Shown: positions 55,780 through 64,000 of the stretch, piece by piece
Layout: the number at the start of each line of letters is the position of its first letter
Numbering within the stretch: position 1 is the first letter of the stretch
Origin: Sumerlaeia bacterium
GTDB taxonomy: Bacteria; Sumerlaeota; Sumerlaeia; SLMS01; JAHLLQ01
DNA: 64,000 bases
Direction of reading: 5' to 3'
NCBI GenBank assembly: GCA_040219255.1
Contig: JAVJSW010000068.1
Span: 128,001 to 192,000, forward strand
Program-made: the position numbers and the translations under genes
The notes under the pieces: model-generated
Seen by the model: the letters and a program-made list of their open reading frames with translations, nothing else
The model's database searches: none
Told to the model about the DNA's origin: nothing

Positions 55780-58671
55780 ATGCTGCGTTTCCAAGATCCC
55801 CCGGCTCAGACCCAACGGGACTTTCTCAAGGCCCTGCGCGATTCGTTCAATGGCGCCCTGCGCGATGAAGCCTGGGCCCGAGGGCTGTACGCCACGGATG
55901 CGTCCATGTACCAGCAAACCCCCGCGGCGGTGCTGGCTCCCCAATCGGTGAAAGACATTCAGAAGGCCCTTGCGCTCTGCTCGGACCACCACATGCCAAT
56001 CCTGCCCCGCGGCGCCGGGACGAGCCTCGCCGGCCAGTGCACCATCGACGGCGGCCTTGTCATCGATGTGTCCCAGCATTTCACCAAAATCGGCCAGGTG
56101 AACGAAGCCGAGGGCTGGGTCATCGTGGAACCGGGTGTGGTGCGCGACACGCTGAACGCCCACCTGGCGCCGAAGGGTGTCATGTTCGCCCCGGAAACCA
56201 GCACCAGCAACCGCGCCAACGTCGGCGGCATGATTGGCAACAACAGCAGCGGCATGATGAGCATCCGCTATGGCAAGACCATCGACCACGTGCTGGGCGC
56301 GTGGGCGGTGCTGGCCGATGGGCGCGAGATTTACTTCGGCCGCCGCGAAGAGATGGATGCCGACGGCTGCGCGCTGCTCGACGCGCTCCTGGAGATCGTG
56401 AACCGCAACCGGGCCCTGATCGAGGAACGTTTCCCCAAGACGATGCGCCGCGCCGGCGGCTACATGCTCGACGAGTTCCTGGGCGATGACCCGAATCTGG
56501 CGAAAATCCTCTGCGCGAGCGAAGGCACGCTGGCTTTCCTGACCCGGGCGAAGCTCAAACTCGAGCCCAAGCTGAAGCACGTCGCCGCCGTGGCCGTGCA
56601 CTTCAAGAGCGTGGTGAACAGCCTGCGCGCCATGCCCGACATCGCCGCCCACAACCCGTTGTCGGCCGAGTTGATGGACGAAGAGCTGCTGACCATGTGC
56701 GCCGACAACGAAACCACCAAGGCCATGATGTGGTGGATGCACGGCCATCCAGAGGCCGTGATCGCCGTGGAGATGGACGGCGACACGCAGGAAGCCGCCG
56801 AGGCGCGCATCCGCGATCTGGTGGCGGACCTGAAGGCCAAGGGCTGGGGTTATGAATACGCCGAGCTGATGAAGCCCGAGGAGCGTTATCAGATCATCGA
56901 GGTCCGCAAACACGGCCTCGGCATCATGCTCAAAATGATCGGCGATCCCAAGCCCATCGCCTTTATCGAGGACGCGGCGATTCCGCTGGAGACGCTGGCG
57001 GAGTATGTGGAGCGCGTCTTCGCCATCGCGGCGAAGGAGAAAGTGCGGGTCATTTCCTATGGCCACGCCAGCGTCGGCGTGCTGCACCTGCGGCCGATCC
57101 TGAACCTGAAGACCCGCGAGGGGCGCGATACGCTGGCGCGGATTTCCGGGAAGGTCATGCCCCTGGTGCGCGAGTACGGCGGGTCCTGGGCCAGCGAACA
57201 CGGCGACGGCATCGCCCGCGGCGCCCAAAACCACGACTTCTGGGGCGAGGACATGATCGCCGTCTTCCGCGAGGTGAAGGCCCTGTTCGATCCCAAGGGC
57301 CTCTTCAACCCGGGAAAAATCTTCGACACGCCGCCCGTCAGCGGCCCCCTGCGCTATACCGCCGAGTACAAGCAGAGCGACTACAAGAGCGCCTACGCCT
57401 TTGCCGCCGAGGGTGGATTCCAGGGCGCTGTGGAAATGTGTAACGGCGTCGGGGCCTGTCGTAAAGTGGGCAGTGGCACGATGTGCCCGTCCTACATGGC
57501 GACGCGCGAGGAGAAGGATTCGACCCGCGGGCGGGCGAACGCGTTGCGCCTCGCGATGAGCGGCCAGCTCGGCGAGGACGCCATGACCGGCGACGGGCTC
57601 AAGGAAGTGCTCGACCTTTGCCTGGAATGCAAAGCCTGCAAGACCGAATGCCCCAGCAACGTGGACATGGCGAAGATGAAGAGCGAATTCCTGCACGCCT
57701 TCAACACGCGCCACGGGGCGACGCTGCGGGACAAGGCGCTTGGCTTCTCGCCCCACACGGCGCGGCTGAACAGCGGCTGGCGCGCGCGCTTCGTGAACCC
57801 GATCCTGCGTAACCCGCTCACACGCCGCGCCTTCGCCAAGATGCTCGGCGTGGCGGTGGAGCGCCCCCTGCCACCGTACGCCACCGAAACCCTGCAAACG
57901 TGGTTCGACAAGCGGCCCAAGCCCAAGCTGCCCAAGGACGCGCCCGAGGTCATTCTCTTCGACGACACCTACGCCTCGTGCCACGAGACGGAAATTGGCC
58001 AATGGGCCGTGCGGGTGCTCGAGCACCTGGGCTTCCGCGTATTCCTGGCGCGGGCCGGCTGTTGCCAGCGCCCCCTGATGAGCAAGGGGTTCCTGGACGA
58101 AGCCAAAGCCGGCGGCGGCAAGACCATCGCCAACCTGGACAAATACGCCAAGGCCGGGATGAAAATCCTGACGCTGGAACCGAGCTGCGGCAGCGCCCTG
58201 AAGGACGACCTGAAGGACCTTGTCGAGGACAAAGGCGCCGCCAAACGCGTCTCCGCCGCGACCTTCCCCATCGAGCAGTTCATCGAAGAAGAAGCGGTGG
58301 CCGGGCGGATCAAGATCGAGCTGCCGAAAGCCGCCAAGGACGGCTATCTGCTCCACGGCCACTGCCACCAGAAGGCGCTCTTCGGCACCGGGCCCCTCAA
58401 GCGCATCATGGCTGGCGCGGGCGCCGCGATGGAGGAAGTGGACTCGGGCTGCTGCGGCATGGCGGGCAGCTTTGGCTATGAAGAAGAGCACTACGAAATC
58501 TCGCAGCAAATCGGCGAGTCCCGCCTCTTCCCCGCCGTCCGCGCGGCCGCGAAGAAGGAACTGGTGGCCAACGGATTCAGCTGCCGCCATCAGGTCGCCG
58601 ACGCGACCGGCCGCCGCCCGGTGCACTTCATTGAAGCCCTGGGCCGGGCGATGGGGCTGAAGGAGTCGTAG
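55780..58671 (+). CDS. FAD-binding / 4Fe-4S oxidoreductase (GlcD+GlcF / YdiJ-like), second paralog
   Basis: RGAGTSLAGQ, SEHGDG, CNGVGAC, CLECKACKTECP, HGHCHQ, CCGMAGSFG. Confidence 0.92.
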   Translation: MLRFQDPPAQTQRDFLKALRDSFNGALRDEAWARGLYATDASMYQQTPAAVLAPQSVKDIQKALALCSDHHMPILPRGAGTSLAGQCTIDGGLVIDVSQHFTKIGQVNEAEGWVIVEPGVVRDTLNAHLAPKGVMFAPETSTSNRANVGGMIGNNSSGMMSIRYGKTIDHVLGAWAVLADGREIYFGRREEMDADGCALLDALLEIVNRNRALIEERFPKTMRRAGGYMLDEFLGDDPNLAKILCASEGTLAFLTRAKLKLEPKLKHVAAVAVHFKSVVNSLRAMPDIAAHNPLSAELMDEELLTMCADNETTKAMMWWMHGHPEAVIAVEMDGDTQEAAEARIRDLVADLKAKGWGYEYAELMKPEERYQIIEVRKHGLGIMLKMIGDPKPIAFIEDAAIPLETLAEYVERVFAIAAKEKVRVISYGHASVGVLHLRPILNLKTREGRDTLARISGKVMPLVREYGGSWASEHGDGIARGAQNHDFWGEDMIAVFREVKALFDPKGLFNPGKIFDTPPVSGPLRYTAEYKQSDYKSAYAFAAEGGFQGAVEMCNGVGACRKVGSGTMCPSYMATREEKDSTRGRANALRLAMSGQLGEDAMTGDGLKEVLDLCLECKACKTECPSNVDMAKMKSEFLHAFNTRHGATLRDKALGFSPHTARLNSGWRARFVNPILRNPLTRRAFAKMLGVAVERPLPPYATETLQTWFDKRPKPKLPKDAPEVILFDDTYASCHETEIGQWAVRVLEHLGFRVFLARAGCCQRPLMSKGFLDEAKAGGGKTIANLDKYAKAGMKILTLEPSCGSALKDDLKDLVEDKGAAKRVSAATFPIEQFIEEEAVAGRIKIELPKAAKDGYLLHGHCHQKALFGTGPLKRIMAGAGAAMEEVDSGCCGMAGSFGYEEEHYEISQQIGESRLFPAVRAAAKKELVANGFSCRHQVADATGRRPVHFIEALGRAMGLKES

Positions 58672-58705
58672 GGGCGGCGCTCCTGGATCGGCACAGGCCC
58701 CAAGT

Positions 58706-58729
58706 GTAGCACAGGCACTCTTGCCTGTG
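58706..58729 (+). repeat. REP-like palindrome (GTAG-type)
   Basis: GTAG-CACAGGC-ACTCTT-GCCTGTG: GTAG foot plus a 7-bp perfect stem, between convergent genes. Confidence 0.65.
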
Positions 58730-58746
58730 GCAAGCAGCCGAGCCGC

Positions 58747-60408
58747 TTACTCGATCCCCATCACCTCGATTTCGTAACCCGATTGCGTTTCCTCTTCGCG
58801 GTAGGGTTCCAGCAACTCCTTGCGCCATTCGGTGAGGCGTTGGCGGGCGAAGTCCGAGGCAAGGGCATCCTCCCACTCTTCAAAAGGGGGAAGCTCGCCC
58901 GGCCGGTGATCCAGCAGCAGGTAAACCGTGTAGCGGTCGCGCCCGATCAGCGAATCGCTGATTTCGCCGAGTTTGGCGTTTGGCAGATCGAGCGCCACGG
59001 CCAGCCCCGCAGCGTCGGCTGGTGACCAGTCGAGGAGCCGCTGCACCGTGACGCCGGGCACGGTGGCGTATTCGGCCAGGGCCTCGCCCGCGTTGGCGGG
59101 GTTTTCCCGGGCGGCCCAATGATCGCGGATTTCGCCGATCGTGCGCCACGCTAGGCGCCTTTGTACATGCTGCTCGCGGGGCGTGGCGGCCGGATCTTGG
59201 AGGTGCTGCGCGTGGACCGCGATCAGCTTCACCTCGTCCGGGTCGCGGTACAGATCGCCGTTGGCTTCATAGTAGGCCCGCAACTCCTCGCGGGTGGGCG
59301 GGTTCGCTTCGTGGCGGGCCACAAGGTGCTGGTGGAGGGTGGCCTGGGCCAGAAGGCCTTGCGAGAGAAACCGGTATTCGGGGCTGTCGCGGATGGCGGG
59401 GGCGGCGTCGCTGCTCAGAATCAGGAGCTGCTCCTGGGCCAAATCGATCATGCGCCCGGCAAAGCGCGGGTCGGCGCGGTCGCCGAAAAGCCCCGTGTTC
59501 ATCGCGATGACCTCGTCGTAGCTGTAGGTCTCGCCGTCGAAGCGCAGGACCGGGTCTCCCCCGGCGGGCGCTGGACCTTGGCCATCGTAAAGGACGGCGA
59601 TGTCGTGGTGGGCGCGCCGCGAGTCGAAGAACTCCCGGCGGGCTTTCTGATACGCTTCATGGCCGATTTCGCGGGCGAGACGTTTTTCGACGACCCGCAG
59701 CGGCAACGTGCCCGAGGAGCCTTTATCCGCCAGCCGCCCAAAGACCAGCCCGGCGTCCCGCTCGACCGGGCCGAAGTACGCCCCGCCCGGGTCTTGGGCG
59801 AAGAAGGCTTCGAACAGATCGGGCGCCATGCGGCCGCGCTCGATGCGGGCGAAGGCGCCATCGTAGTCCTGGCCCACGGACGCGTAGAATTCGCGGGCAA
59901 CCTCGGCGAAGGGCTCGCCCGCATCGAGCCGTTGCTGAATGGCTTCGGCCACGGTAGTCTGCTCCGGGCCCGGCTCGATCAGAATGCGGGCGCCTTCGAC
60001 CCAATCGTCCGTGGGGAACTCGGCGGCGCGGGCCTCATAGGCCTCCATCAGAGTGTCGAGATCGGGCCACGTCTCGCCCTGCAAATTGAAGTCCCACAGA
60101 CGAGTGACCAGGTACGCGTCGAGATCGAAGGGCAGTGTGGCCGTCGATACGCCCTCCTGCAGCAAGGCCTGGAAGGCGCGGTCGCTAAGGACCATGTCTT
60201 CGGCGAAAGCGAGGATATCCCCCTCATCGTTCAGCCCAACCTGGTATCCCGTGATGGGATCGAGGCGTTGAAAGGCGGTGTAGCCGATGCGGGCGAACTC
60301 TCGCCGGTCCCATTGGTTGGGGAGATGGGGGAGGGCGGCGGGAGCGGCCGATGGCATGAGCAAACCGAGTGCAAGAAGGACTGTCGCAAGGTGTCGCGTA
60401 AGAGACAT
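58747..60408 (-). CDS. Secreted PpiC/parvulin-type foldase (PrsA/SurA-like)
   Basis: Signal peptide; GEPFAEVAREF...GRMAPDLFEAFF...GPVE; EELRAYYEAN...PDEVKL; PPFEE. Confidence 0.72.
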   Translation of the reverse strand: MSLTRHLATVLLALGLLMPSAAPAALPHLPNQWDRREFARIGYTAFQRLDPITGYQVGLNDEGDILAFAEDMVLSDRAFQALLQEGVSTATLPFDLDAYLVTRLWDFNLQGETWPDLDTLMEAYEARAAEFPTDDWVEGARILIEPGPEQTTVAEAIQQRLDAGEPFAEVAREFYASVGQDYDGAFARIERGRMAPDLFEAFFAQDPGGAYFGPVERDAGLVFGRLADKGSSGTLPLRVVEKRLAREIGHEAYQKARREFFDSRRAHHDIAVLYDGQGPAPAGGDPVLRFDGETYSYDEVIAMNTGLFGDRADPRFAGRMIDLAQEQLLILSSDAAPAIRDSPEYRFLSQGLLAQATLHQHLVARHEANPPTREELRAYYEANGDLYRDPDEVKLIAVHAQHLQDPAATPREQHVQRRLAWRTIGEIRDHWAARENPANAGEALAEYATVPGVTVQRLLDWSPADAAGLAVALDLPNAKLGEISDSLIGRDRYTVYLLLDHRPGELPPFEEWEDALASDFARQRLTEWRKELLEPYREEETQSGYEIEVMGIE

Positions 60409-60432
60409 GGGAGAATGGCCTGGGTCGGGGGT

Positions 60433-60475
60433 AAAAAAAAGGAAAGGCAGAAAGCCTCCATAGAGACTCTCTGCC
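60433..60475 (-). terminator. Rho-independent terminator
   Basis: Minus strand GGCAGAGAGTCTC-tatg-GAGGCTTTCTGCC followed by TTTCCTTTTTTTT, 40 nt after the stop at 60515. Confidence 0.8.
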
Positions 60476-60514
60476 GATCCTACAGGTTGGGTTTTTCGCG
60501 TTCGAGCGAGGTGA

Positions 60515-61909
60515 TTACTGGTAGAGATCCCAGGTATTGGCCGAAGCGGGTTCGATGCGGTTGGTGGCGGTCACCGTCACGTCGTCCCAAAGGCTGCGCG
60601 AGGCGTTGAACTTGTGGGTGGCGACGGCGAGTTGATCGCCAAGGTTCAGACCCGCGTCGTAAGCACTATCGACCGCGAAAACGTAAGCGGATGCCGTGGA
60701 ATTCGGGTTGAGCAGGTGAGACGTCGACTGCCAGGAAACGCCGCCGTCGGTGCTCTGGAAGTAGGCCAGGCGGACTTCGCCGCCACCCTTGCCAGCGAAG
60801 GACATCACGAAGTTTTCCATGCCGGCTTCGAAGCCGTCGGAACGCAGTGTGTAGCGGTTCGAGAAGTCGCTGGCGGCGAAGGTAATTGCCAGAGCACTCC
60901 CCACGCTGTCGAAGGTATCGACGGTTTCTTCTTCCACAGTCACATTGCTGAGATCAGCACCCGAAGTGCCCAGGTCGTTCGTGTTGAGGACGTGCCAGCC
61001 GTTCGGAACGAGGATGTCTTCCGAGCTGATAGTCTGGGTGCTGAAGCCATCAGCAAAGGAGCTGGCGAACACGGTTTCGACACCAGCGGTGTTGTCGATG
61101 GTGTAGAAAACCGTGCTAGCACCGGTGGCCGTGGAATCGTCCTCGGCGGTCGCAGTGAAAGTCGTCACACCATCGGGGAAGGCGGTGGTATCGAAGTCGA
61201 ACGTGAAGCCGTCGCCCGGCGTCGTATCGGTCGCTTCCGGCGTTCCGTCGTTGTCGGCATCGAATTCGACCTGCGTGTAGGTGCCGGTGCCACCGGAAAC
61301 GACGGCGGTGACGCTGGTGCCGCCATCGATCCAGAAGCCGTTCGGGGGGTCGAGGCGAACGGTGATCGGAACGATCAAGACTTCCTCAAGAACGAACTCG
61401 TCGAAGAGTGCCTCAAAGCTGCCACCGGCGCTGTTGGAGCTGATTTCGATGTCCACATCGGCGCCAGCCGCAGCCGACACCACAGCGGTTTCCGCCGCGG
61501 TCCAGCCGCTGGTCGGGGTCACTGGGGCGACGGTTTCGGAGAGAACAACCTGCTCAACGTTGCCGTCGATGGTGGCGGTCACGGTCAAGCCACGAAGGGG
61601 ATCGTTGCCATTCTCGCCGTTCTTGTAGAAGAACGTGAGCTTGTAGTTGCTCGCCGAGGGCACGGTGGCAGGATAGAGAGACCCGACGGCGAAGCTGAAT
61701 CCGCCGTCGAGGAGCCGCAGAGAACCACCGGCGCTTCCGGGAGCATTGTCGGCGCTTGAGTTGATCGCTTCGCCGCCGAAGGGGCCACCGTGACGATAGC
61801 CGAAGTCGCCCGTCGGGGAGGTGCTGAAGTCTTCGATCAGGGTCGTCTGGGCCATGGCGGAACCAGCGGCCAATGCGAGGACACCGGCTAAAATTGCTGT
61901 CTTTTTCAT
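60515..61909 (-). CDS. Secreted protein: jelly-roll/CBM-like, Ig-like (Big) and jelly-roll-like domains, with a WxxY tail
   Basis: Signal MKKTAILAGVLALAAGSAMA; AGGAG RBS; Ig-like FDFDTTAFPDGVTTFTATAED; tail ASANTWDLYQ. Confidence 0.85.
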   Translation of the reverse strand: MKKTAILAGVLALAAGSAMAQTTLIEDFSTSPTGDFGYRHGGPFGGEAINSSADNAPGSAGGSLRLLDGGFSFAVGSLYPATVPSASNYKLTFFYKNGENGNDPLRGLTVTATIDGNVEQVVLSETVAPVTPTSGWTAAETAVVSAAAGADVDIEISSNSAGGSFEALFDEFVLEEVLIVPITVRLDPPNGFWIDGGTSVTAVVSGGTGTYTQVEFDADNDGTPEATDTTPGDGFTFDFDTTAFPDGVTTFTATAEDDSTATGASTVFYTIDNTAGVETVFASSFADGFSTQTISSEDILVPNGWHVLNTNDLGTSGADLSNVTVEEETVDTFDSVGSALAITFAASDFSNRYTLRSDGFEAGMENFVMSFAGKGGGEVRLAYFQSTDGGVSWQSTSHLLNPNSTASAYVFAVDSAYDAGLNLGDQLAVATHKFNASRSLWDDVTVTATNRIEPASANTWDLYQ

Positions 61910-62211
61910 AGAGATTCTCCTTTTGCATCGGGGGGAACAGGGGGGTGGATTGGAGGCGGAAAGGGCGCGCTGAGAAACCGTTTGATAGGATCGGGTCTGT
62001 CGGGAGAGGCCGGAGGAACCGTGTCAACGGAGCAGGAACGCGCTCAATTACGCCGAATTGCTAAGAACCTATTGAAACTAATTGCGGGCAAGTGTCAACC
62101 CCGGATATGCAATTCGATGCAGGCAAAACGAATCTCCTGGACCGGTCAACAAATGCGTCTGCAAAAAAAGGAGTTACAAAGCCGCTCTGTAAAGCATCCG
62201 GCGATATTGCT

Positions 62212-64000
62212 ATGACACGCCCCTTCCGCTTCCTTCCCGGCGCCTTTCGCGCGATTTTTTTTCTGATTTCTGGAACCGCCCTCTTCGCCGCCCCCGAACC
62301 GGGCCATTCCCCCCCGGCCCGCGCCGCGCTGCCCGCCGAAGCCACCCTCGCCGAAGCCGCGCCTCCAGACCCGGCCCTCAAGGGCGCTATCGCCAACTCC
62401 GCCGTCCGGCCCGTCATCGACCCGCGCTACATCGTCTTCGGCTATCATCCGTCCTATCGCGACGGCATCGAGTTCCACTATCGCTGGCACGCGCTGACCC
62501 ATATCGGTTACGCCTTCGTGGACTTCACCGATTCCGGCGCCCTGCAGACGGCAAGCTGGGACGGCCGGCCGAGCGCTTTCAAGGCGGGCGGTTCCGCCGA
62601 GGCCAACGGCGTGAAGGTCCACATGGTCCTGCGCAACGACAACTTTCTCGAACCGGTCCTCGACACGGTGATGCGCAGTCCCGCCCTGCGCCAGACCGTC
62701 ATCGCCAATGTGATCGCGGCGATCTCGGCGGATTCCTACGTGCAGGGCATCTCCCTCGATCTGGAGTTCGACTGGGAAGCGGAAACGCGCGATGGCATCA
62801 CGCTGTTCGTGCGCGATCTGCGGGCGGCGCTGGACGCCTGGACGGCGGCGGACCCGGCCAACCGCCCCCGCATGGAACTGAACTATTACATGAGCCCGAC
62901 GTTCAGTTCACGGCGCTACGACATCCCCGGCCTGATCGGGCATCTGGATCATGTGATCCTGAGCTGCTATCCCTGGGCCGGGGGCTTCAGCACCCGCGTC
63001 GGCGCCGTTGCCGACCGGCGCTTTTTCGTGCGTGAAGGCAACGATTACATCAATGCCGGGGTGCCGCATCCCAAGCTGGTGCTGGCGCTGCCGCTCTACG
63101 GCTTTCGCTGGGAGACGGACTCGCCCGTCTATGGCGCCACCATCCCGGACCGGGACGCCCCCGCCAACGGCGCTGTCGGGTTCAAGGACGCTCTCTATGC
63201 GACAACGCTGGGTCTGAGCTTCGGCGGGCCGCTCACGCGCAACTTCGAGGAAGCTCCGGAAGTCGCCTGGTACACCTACTCCATCGGCGGCGTCCCCCGA
63301 GTGGTGACCTTCGACGACGACCGGGCGCTGGAGTCGAAAATCGCTCTGGCCCGCGATTGGGAGGATCCGGACGGTTCCAACGGCGGCCGGCCGGTGGGCG
63401 GCGTGGCCTTCTGGGAAATGTACTGGATCGCCACCGAGGACTCCTACGATCCCATTGGCCAGCAAGTGGTCGAACGCACCCGAACCTATCCCCATGTTTA
63501 TCAGTTCTGTGCGGAGATACTGTCTCCCCCCGGCACGACCAAGTTCCCCATCGCCCGCTTCGAAGGCAACAATCCGGACTTCCGCTGGCGCGATCCGGAC
63601 GAATCACCCGACACCCGCGGCACGGCGCCGAACGCGACGAGCCGATCCCTCGCCCCCGCGCCCGGCGCCCCGGGGGCTCCGCCGGAAAGCACCATCGGCA
63701 TGGCCGTGGACTACGCGTTCGCGGGGTTCGATGGGGGCCGGGCCTTCTTCCGCCATGAAATCCTGGCGGACGACGGCGACACCGGCGTCCTGGACCGCTG
63801 GGCGGCGGCGGCCCTGGTCACGGCCGATACCCAGTTCGAAGTCTTTGTCCACGCCAGCCTGACCGCCGTGGCGGACACGGTGCGGTTTGTCGTGATGGAT
63901 GACGACCTGCAGCTGGAAATGTCCCCGCCGCTGCGCCTCCAGGCCGGATGGCAGGTTCTGTCTTGGGACATGGCGGAGCGGGTCCTCCCCTACAACACCA
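62212..64000 (+). CDS. Secreted glycoside hydrolase family 18 (chitinase-like), runs off window end
   Basis: Translated by hand from ATG 62212: signal peptide, IVFGYH, LTHIGYAFV, NGVKVHMV, QGISLDLEF, PKLVLALPLYG, GGVAFWEM. Absent from the ORF track because no stop lies in the window. Confidence 0.85.
   Translation, partial: MTRPFRFLPGAFRAIFFLISGTALFAAPEPGHSPPARAALPAEATLAEAAPPDPALKGAIANSAVRPVIDPRYIVFGYHPSYRDGIEFHYRWHALTHIGYAFVDFTDSGALQTASWDGRPSAFKAGGSAEANGVKVHMVLRNDNFLEPVLDTVMRSPALRQTVIANVIAAISADSYVQGISLDLEFDWEAETRDGITLFVRDLRAALDAWTAADPANRPRMELNYYMSPTFSSRRYDIPGLIGHLDHVILSCYPWAGGFSTRVGAVADRRFFVREGNDYINAGVPHPKLVLALPLYGFRWETDSPVYGATIPDRDAPANGAVGFKDALYATTLGLSFGGPLTRNFEEAPEVAWYTYSIGGVPRVVTFDDDRALESKIALARDWEDPDGSNGGRPVGGVAFWEMYWIATEDSYDPIGQQVVERTRTYPHVYQFCAEILSPPGTTKFPIARFEGNNPDFRWRDPDESPDTRGTAPNATSRSLAPAPGAPGAPPESTIGMAVDYAFAGFDGGRAFFRHEILADDGDTGVLDRWAAAALVTADTQFEVFVHASLTAVADTVRFVVMDDDLQLEMSPPLRLQAGWQVLSWDMAERVLPYNT

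Noticed and set aside
62020-62150. Several TTGAC(A/C) hexamers on the minus strand as promoters or operators
   Set aside because: No convincing -10 element at the right spacing; cannot be supported.

Overview
GC-rich (roughly 65% by eye) bacterial chromosomal window with about 43 protein-coding genes. I found no rRNA, intact tRNA, CRISPR array or transposase. Left to right: (1) an enolase-superfamily / TPP-enzyme / FAD-4Fe4S oxidoreductase operon divergent from a CYP152 fatty-acid peroxygenase; (2) a metallophosphoesterase operon with secreted proteins; (3) carA-carB split by a low-GC insert; (4) alpha-glucan genes (secreted CBM48 x3 protein, GH57); (5) a GT4/SDR/LURP-like cluster, HtrA and ubiX; (6) a translationally coupled P-loop ATPase-ankyrin-HNH (PtuB/TIGR02646-like) triad, a candidate defence or toxin-immunity module; (7) a nine-gene CgeB/TIGR04290 ('rhizo-twelve'-like) glycan cassette; (8) a giant Cys-rich DUF5666-repeat protein divergent from an ECF sigma-FecR-pseudopilin-FG-GAP operon; (9) a second FAD-4Fe4S oxidoreductase, a PpiC-type foldase, a secreted protein and a partial GH18. 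The pseudopilin style (AIAVPNFLEAQTRAKVS), a half-dockerin tail and short C-terminal S-x(3-4)-W-x-x-Y tails suggest Candidatus Sumerlaeota (BRC1); this is inference only. The best novelty candidates are the ECF/FecR/pseudopilin surface-signalling and export locus with a WxxY C-terminal tag, and the ATPase-ankyrin-HNH triad. All family calls are by motif recognition, not database search.
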